In this document: positions 59,489-64,000 of the stretch, in pieces
How positions within the stretch are numbered: the first letter of the stretch is position 1
How the letters are laid out: each line of letters starts with the position of its first letter
NCBI GenBank assembly: GCA_963778655.1
Contig: CAVZVA010000010.1
Coordinates: 1-64,000 of the forward strand
Source: an uncultured delta proteobacterium
GTDB lineage: Bacteria; Myxococcota_A; Polyangia; Polyangiales; JAFGIB01
DNA: 64,000 nucleotides
Reading direction: 5' to 3'
Program-made: the position numbers and the translations under genes
Notes under the pieces: generated by a model
Database searches by the model: none
What the model saw: only the letters and a program-made list of their open reading frames with translations
What the model was told of the DNA's origin: nothing

Positions 59489-60918
59489 GCGTGGCGCTGA
59501 CATGGCTCGCGATGATCGCAGCCCTCCCGTTGCTGTTCGTGCTGCTGGCGCGCACCGGCCTGGAGCTAGAGCGCCTGCGCGCGGTCGCGGTCGCCTGCGC
59601 GTGCGGTACGCTCGCCGTGTGTGCCGCCGTCCTGGTGGCTCCCGCTCTTGGCTCTCTACGCATCGCGTGGCCGTGGCCGGATCATCGCCTGCTGGGAGGC
59701 TCGCTGGTGCGCGTCTCGGGCTTCTCGGCCCCCCTTCTCCTGCTGCCCGCTTCGCTCTGGCTCGTGACCATCGCGGTGACACCGCGTTCTCGACTCGACG
59801 GCGCCGGCCTGCAGCGAACGGCGCTCGCGACCCTGACCGCGACGCTGGCCTTTCTGACGGAGAGCCCGGCTCTGCTGATCGGGTTCTGGACGCTGTCGAA
59901 CCTGCTGTTCGTCAGAGGCCTCTCGAGAACACTGCACCCGCGCGCGCACCGCGTGGCAAGCCTGTACCTGTGGACGAGCGCGGGCTTGATGGGCACAGGC
60001 GTGGCGCTGTGGGCCCTGGCACCCGGACACATGGCGGGCACTGTCGGGCTCTGGCTCGTGGTCGTCGCAATCCTCATTCGCAAGGGCATCTTTCCGTTTC
60101 ATGCGTGGATTCCGGAAGTCTTCGACAGTGGACGGATCGGACCGACGGTCCGCTTCAGTGCGCCGCAGCTCGGATCCTACGTTGCGGTCGTGCTCCTGGT
60201 GCCACACGCGAGCGCCGGCATGTTGCGAACCCTCGCCATCCTGTCGCTCGTGACCGCCGTCTATGGCGCCGCGCTTGCCGTGGTGCAACGAGACGCGCGT
60301 CGCGCTTGCGGATACCTGTTCGTGAGCCAGTCGGCGCTCGTGCTGGCCGGATTGGACTGCGCTTCCCCGCGGGCGCTTGCGGGCTCGCTGGTGCTCTGGC
60401 TCTCCTCTGCTCTCGCCTTCACGGGCTTGGCGAGGGCAGTCCTGTCTCTGGAGACACGACGGGGGCGGCTCGACCTGAACAGGCACCACGGCGGCTACGA
60501 GCAGATGCCGCAGCTCGCGGTGAGCTTCTTGATCCTCGGCCTGGCCTGCACCGGGTTCCCGGGCACACTGGGCTTCATCGGTCAGGAGATGTTGGTCGAA
60601 GGCGCCGTGCACGAATTCCCCGCGCTCGGGTTCCTCGTTGTGGCAGCTGCCGCCCTGACCGGGCTCGCAGTGCTGCGGATGTACTTCTCCCTATTCTGCG
60701 GGACCCACGTGGTTTCTCTCCGCCTGGCACTGTTGCGCCGCGAGGTCGTGGTCTTCGGCGCCCTGGCCGCGGCGCTGGTCGCGGGTGGTCTACTGCCACC
60801 GCCGATCATCGCCTCGCGGTTGCACGCGAGTCGCACGCTTCTGAGCGAACGCGCCAAGCCATCGACGCTTTCCTCGCCCCCCGATGGGGCGCGGGGGGAC
60901 GGCACGCCGCCGAGGTAG
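59485..60918 (+). CDS. Second proton-conducting membrane subunit (NuoM/ND4-like)
   Basis: IRKGIFPFHAWIPE, LE.RRG, GLA..GFPGTLGFIG.E; GTG overlaps the dabB stop. Confidence 0.82.
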   Translation: MSVALTWLAMIAALPLLFVLLARTGLELERLRAVAVACACGTLAVCAAVLVAPALGSLRIAWPWPDHRLLGGSLVRVSGFSAPLLLLPASLWLVTIAVTPRSRLDGAGLQRTALATLTATLAFLTESPALLIGFWTLSNLLFVRGLSRTLHPRAHRVASLYLWTSAGLMGTGVALWALAPGHMAGTVGLWLVVVAILIRKGIFPFHAWIPEVFDSGRIGPTVRFSAPQLGSYVAVVLLVPHASAGMLRTLAILSLVTAVYGAALAVVQRDARRACGYLFVSQSALVLAGLDCASPRALAGSLVLWLSSALAFTGLARAVLSLETRRGRLDLNRHHGGYEQMPQLAVSFLILGLACTGFPGTLGFIGQEMLVEGAVHEFPALGFLVVAAAALTGLAVLRMYFSLFCGTHVVSLRLALLRREVVVFGALAAALVAGGLLPPPIIASRLHASRTLLSERAKPSTLSSPPDGARGDGTPPR

Positions 60919-60971
60919 CGCGCGCCGTTCGGGGGAGGCAATCGCTTCGCTGCCCCCGTTCGATTCCTGTC

Positions 60972-61529
60972 TCATTTCAGCCGGCGTGCAATCTGAAGAG
61001 CACGCTTCCAGTACGTGACAGCCGCGAAGATGCCTCCAATCGCAGCGACCGCGATCAGCGCATCGGTTCGCGGCGCCCGAAATAGTGCCGCGCTCACCGC
61101 CGCGAACTGCAGCACGGTTGCGACCTTTCCCGGCACGTTCGCGGCGGGCTGCTCGGCACGCACGCCGCGCGCGCGATCGTTCAGGGCGAGCCAAACGACC
61201 AGCGGGAGCTCGCCGATCTCGCGGGTGCTCAGGAGTAGAACGGCGCCCGCGGAGAGCTTGCGCTGCGTCACCAGGGCGACGGCGACGGTAAGGACGAACA
61301 GCTTGTCGGTAAGTGGGTCGACGGCGCAGCCCGTGGGCGTCACCTGCCGAAAGCGACGCGCGTACCAGCCGTCGAGCACGTCGCTGACGGCGGCCGCGCA
61401 CAGCAGCGCAAAAGCAAAGCGCGGCTGGTCAACCACCCACGGAAAGCAGGCGGCCATGGGAACACGCGCCAGGCTCAGCAGTCCCGGGACCGTCAGGAGG
61501 TCGCGCGCCCGGTAGCGCCCGTTTGGCAT
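60972..61529 (-). CDS. CDP-alcohol phosphatidyltransferase
   Basis: SDVLDGWYARR..QVT.TG..VDPLTDK signature. Confidence 0.9.
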   Translation of the reverse strand: MPNGRYRARDLLTVPGLLSLARVPMAACFPWVVDQPRFAFALLCAAAVSDVLDGWYARRFRQVTPTGCAVDPLTDKLFVLTVAVALVTQRKLSAGAVLLLSTREIGELPLVVWLALNDRARGVRAEQPAANVPGKVATVLQFAAVSAALFRAPRTDALIAVAAIGGIFAAVTYWKRALQIARRLK

Positions 61530-61587
61530 AGTTCCTCCTGCAGCGCATTGGCGCCGACCACGGCGAGCATGCTACGCGAGGGCTCGA

Positions 61588-63000
61588 CTAGCCGCCTTTG
61601 AGCTCCTTGGTGATGCTCTGCAGCACCTTCTTGGCATCGCCGAAGATCATGGTCGCGTTGGCGTACTCGAACAGCACGTTCTTCACGCCAGCGTAGCCCG
61701 CGCCGAGGCCGCGCTTGACGATGAACACCGCACGCGCCTCGTGCACGTTCAGGATCGGCATGCCGTAGATCGGGCTGCTCTTGTCGTGCAGCGCAACCGG
61801 GTTAACCACGTCGTTAGCGCCAAGCACGAACACCACGTCGGTGCTCTTGAACTCGGGATTGATCTCCTCCATCTCCCTCATGTGCTCGTGCGGCACGTCG
61901 GCCTCGGCCAGCAACACGTTCATGTGGCCGGGCATCCGCCCCGCCACCGGATGAACGGCGTAGCTGACGCGGCAGTTGCGCTTCTCGAGCTCGTCGGCCA
62001 GCTCACGCACCGCGTGCTGCGCCTGTGCCACAGCCAGACCGTAGCCGGGAACGAAGATCACTGACTCAGCGCTCTCCAGCATCATCGCGGCCTCCTCGGG
62101 GCCGCAAGAGGTGACGTTCTGGTACTCGCTGTCGCCTGCGCTCACGCCAGCGTCTCCGAAGCCGCCGACCAGCACGTTCAGCAGGGAGCGGTTCATGGCT
62201 ACGCACATGATTTGGCACAAGATGATGCCCGACGAGCCCACGAGCGCCCCCGCGATGATCAACAGGTTGTTGCCAAGGATGAAGCCCGTAGCAGTCGCAG
62301 CCATGCCCGAATAGCTATTGAGCAGGCAAACCACCACCGGCATGTCCGCGCCGCCGATTGGAATCACCAGCAGCACACCCAGCAGTGAGCTCACGATCGC
62401 GAGCGCGAAGACTTCGTCCACCGCGACCCCGACGTCCGCCACCATGATGTGCGCGATCAGCGCCAGCGACGCTAGACCGAGGACCGCGTTGATGGCGTGG
62501 CGGCCCGGCAGCAGAATCGGCTGGCCTTTCCTCAACCTGCCGCTCAGCTTCAAGTACGCCACCACGCTGCCGGCCAGCGTGACCGCCCCGATTAGCACCG
62601 ACAGGCCGACGGTGAAGGCCTGCGAGCCACCCAGTACGGACGAGGGTGTGCCCAGCGGCGCCTCCTCGACCAGCTTGAGCCATACGAACGCCAGCGCGAC
62701 CAGCGTCGAAGCGGCGCCGCCAAAGCCGTTGAACAGAGCGACCATCTCTGGCATCGAGGTCATCGGCACGCGCACTGCCGCGACCACACCGATCACGCCG
62801 CCGACGGCAACACCGCCGGCGATCCAGCGGTAGTCGATGGTGCCGAGCTCGAGCAGCGTGCCGACCACGGCGAGCAGCATGCCGGCCGCGGCGACACTGT
62901 TACCGGTGCGCGCGGACCGGACCCGGCCGAGCAGCTTGAGCCCGTAGATGAAGAGCACCGACGAGACCAGGTAGATCGCTGGGACGATCAGCCTGTGCAT
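61588..63000 (-). CDS. pntB: NAD(P) transhydrogenase beta subunit
   Basis: MT.MPEMVA.FNG.GG, IGGADMPVV..LLNSYSG, AMNRS, VPGYGLAVAQAQH, HPVAGRMPGHMNVLLAEA. Confidence 0.96.
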   Translation of the reverse strand: MHRLIVPAIYLVSSVLFIYGLKLLGRVRSARTGNSVAAAGMLLAVVGTLLELGTIDYRWIAGGVAVGGVIGVVAAVRVPMTSMPEMVALFNGFGGAASTLVALAFVWLKLVEEAPLGTPSSVLGGSQAFTVGLSVLIGAVTLAGSVVAYLKLSGRLRKGQPILLPGRHAINAVLGLASLALIAHIMVADVGVAVDEVFALAIVSSLLGVLLVIPIGGADMPVVVCLLNSYSGMAATATGFILGNNLLIIAGALVGSSGIILCQIMCVAMNRSLLNVLVGGFGDAGVSAGDSEYQNVTSCGPEEAAMMLESAESVIFVPGYGLAVAQAQHAVRELADELEKRNCRVSYAVHPVAGRMPGHMNVLLAEADVPHEHMREMEEINPEFKSTDVVFVLGANDVVNPVALHDKSSPIYGMPILNVHEARAVFIVKRGLGAGYAGVKNVLFEYANATMIFGDAKKVLQSITKELKGG

Positions 63001-63008
63001 GAGATCGC

Positions 63009-63296
63009 TCACTTCTTCTTCCCGAACATCTTGAGCATGCGGTCGGTGACGACGAAGCCGCCGACCACATTGATGGTGGCCAGCGCGATCGCAAGAAAGC
63101 CGAGCACGTTGCTGCCGGTGACCGCGGCCGTGGTCGCCGTGGTGAGCGCACCGACGATGGTGATGCCGCTGATCGCGTTCGAGCCGCTGGTCAACGGCGT
63201 GTGCAGCAGCGGCGGCACCTTGGTGATGACTTCGAAACCCACAAAAGTTGCGAGCACTAGCACGTAGATGCCGACCAGCAAGGGTCCCATGACCAT
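63009..63296 (-). CDS. pntAB: NAD(P) transhydrogenase alpha subunit part 2 (membrane part, PntAB)
   Basis: VPPLLHTPL.SGSNAISGI, INVVGGF.VTDRMLKMF. Confidence 0.93.
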   Translation of the reverse strand: MVMGPLLVGIYVLVLATFVGFEVITKVPPLLHTPLTSGSNAISGITIVGALTTATTAAVTGSNVLGFLAIALATINVVGGFVVTDRMLKMFGKKK

Positions 63297-63859
63297 GACG
63301 CCGTTCCTCCGTCCTTTGCGGCACGCCGTGGCCGCTTCCGCCCGGTTTCGCGCGTTCGGCTCGACGCCGCGACCGAGCAGCGTCCGTAGCGCGCTGCCGG
63401 GCTCTCGTCCATCCGGCTGTGCCGCGACCCCGCGCCCGGAGCATAGCAAGGCCGGCGCCGCGTGGCGTGGCCCGCAGCCCGGAGGCGATGCGCCCGCCCC
63501 GGCCCAGAGGACGGCGATCTGCTCTGCCCAGCTCGGTTGCGCGAGGTCAAGTCATCGGTGGGCCACCGACGCACCACGCCCATCCGGCGCCGTCGTGGCG
63601 TCCCCCCGCGTTTCGAGAATCAAAGATGCCGGAGACATCTCAGACATTGCGCCTGGCACCGGTGCAACTCCGTTCCATCCCATCGAAGCGCGAAGGGAGT
63701 CCCGCACACTGTGTCCTGCACCGTACTGCACCGTGCCATCGATCACGGAGTGACTGGGAGCCATGGCGCGCCGACCTTCGAAATGCGCAACCGGCTGGAG
63801 CTACTCCACAACGGTGGGGGAGCAGGGGCTCCAGGCGCAGGTGCGAGAAACAGCCCGCT

Positions 63860-64000
63860 CTACATGCAGTTGTTGACGCCGTGAATTGCGGCCGCCAGCG
63901 GGTCGCTGCTGGTCAGCGACATCGGCGGGTAATAGAGCGTAAACAAATAGCACATCTCATCTGTCGTCTTCGAGCCATACGTCGCCGGCGCGCTGTAGTA
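63860..64000 (-). CDS. C-terminal fragment of a copper type II (PHM/DBH-like) monooxygenase-family protein (5' partial)
   Basis: Manual translation YYSAPATYGSKTTDEMCYLFTLYYPP...NNCM*; the G..T.DEMC..F..YYP motif. Confidence 0.7.
   Translation of the reverse strand, partial: YYSAPATYGSKTTDEMCYLFTLYYPPMSLTSSDPLAAAIHGVNNCM

Noticed and set aside
58157..60918. Respiratory complex I or Mrp antiporter fragment
   Set aside because: No other nuo or mrp genes are present, and the pair is translationally coupled to dabA
63300..63860. Riboswitch or sigma-54 promoter upstream of pntAB
   Set aside because: The best candidate TGGAAC...TTGC has GG-N9-GC spacing rather than N10, and no known RNA motif was recognised

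Overview
High-GC bacterial DNA, probably from a myxobacterium (Myxococcota). That assignment is inferred from the Gly-rich lipoproteins, the kinase-ATPase paralogs and the chemosensory cluster. From left to right the window holds: an EctR-regulated ectABCD-ehuBC (hydroxy)ectoine cluster; a REP-like mosaic repeat; an ACF/Wsp-like chemosensory operon; two divergent GT-C glycosyltransferases; frmA; cysK; an SGNH lipoprotein; and a hybrid kinase. Next is a toluene-4-monooxygenase-like soluble di-iron monooxygenase operon (tmoABCDE-like) with no reductase, whose genes overlap directly into two histidine kinases. After it come a VIT-vWA/exosortase/creB/creC operon preceded by a cre-tag, a PD40 lipoprotein, pirin, an amidohydrolase, TetR, a chimeric truncated hydrolase, a cytochrome c-PQQ propeller lipoprotein, and PadR-ferredoxin with a perfect 18-bp palindrome. 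The right end carries two divergent Ser/Thr kinase-ATPase paralogs, a three-gene DAB inorganic-carbon transporter, a CDP-alcohol phosphatidyltransferase, pntAB-pntB without domain I, and the tail of a copper monooxygenase. The best candidates for an undescribed system are the reductase-less monooxygenase coupled to signalling kinases and the CreBC-controlled exosortase/VIT-vWA module. All calls come from motif recognition by eye; no database searches were run, and start codons are best estimates.
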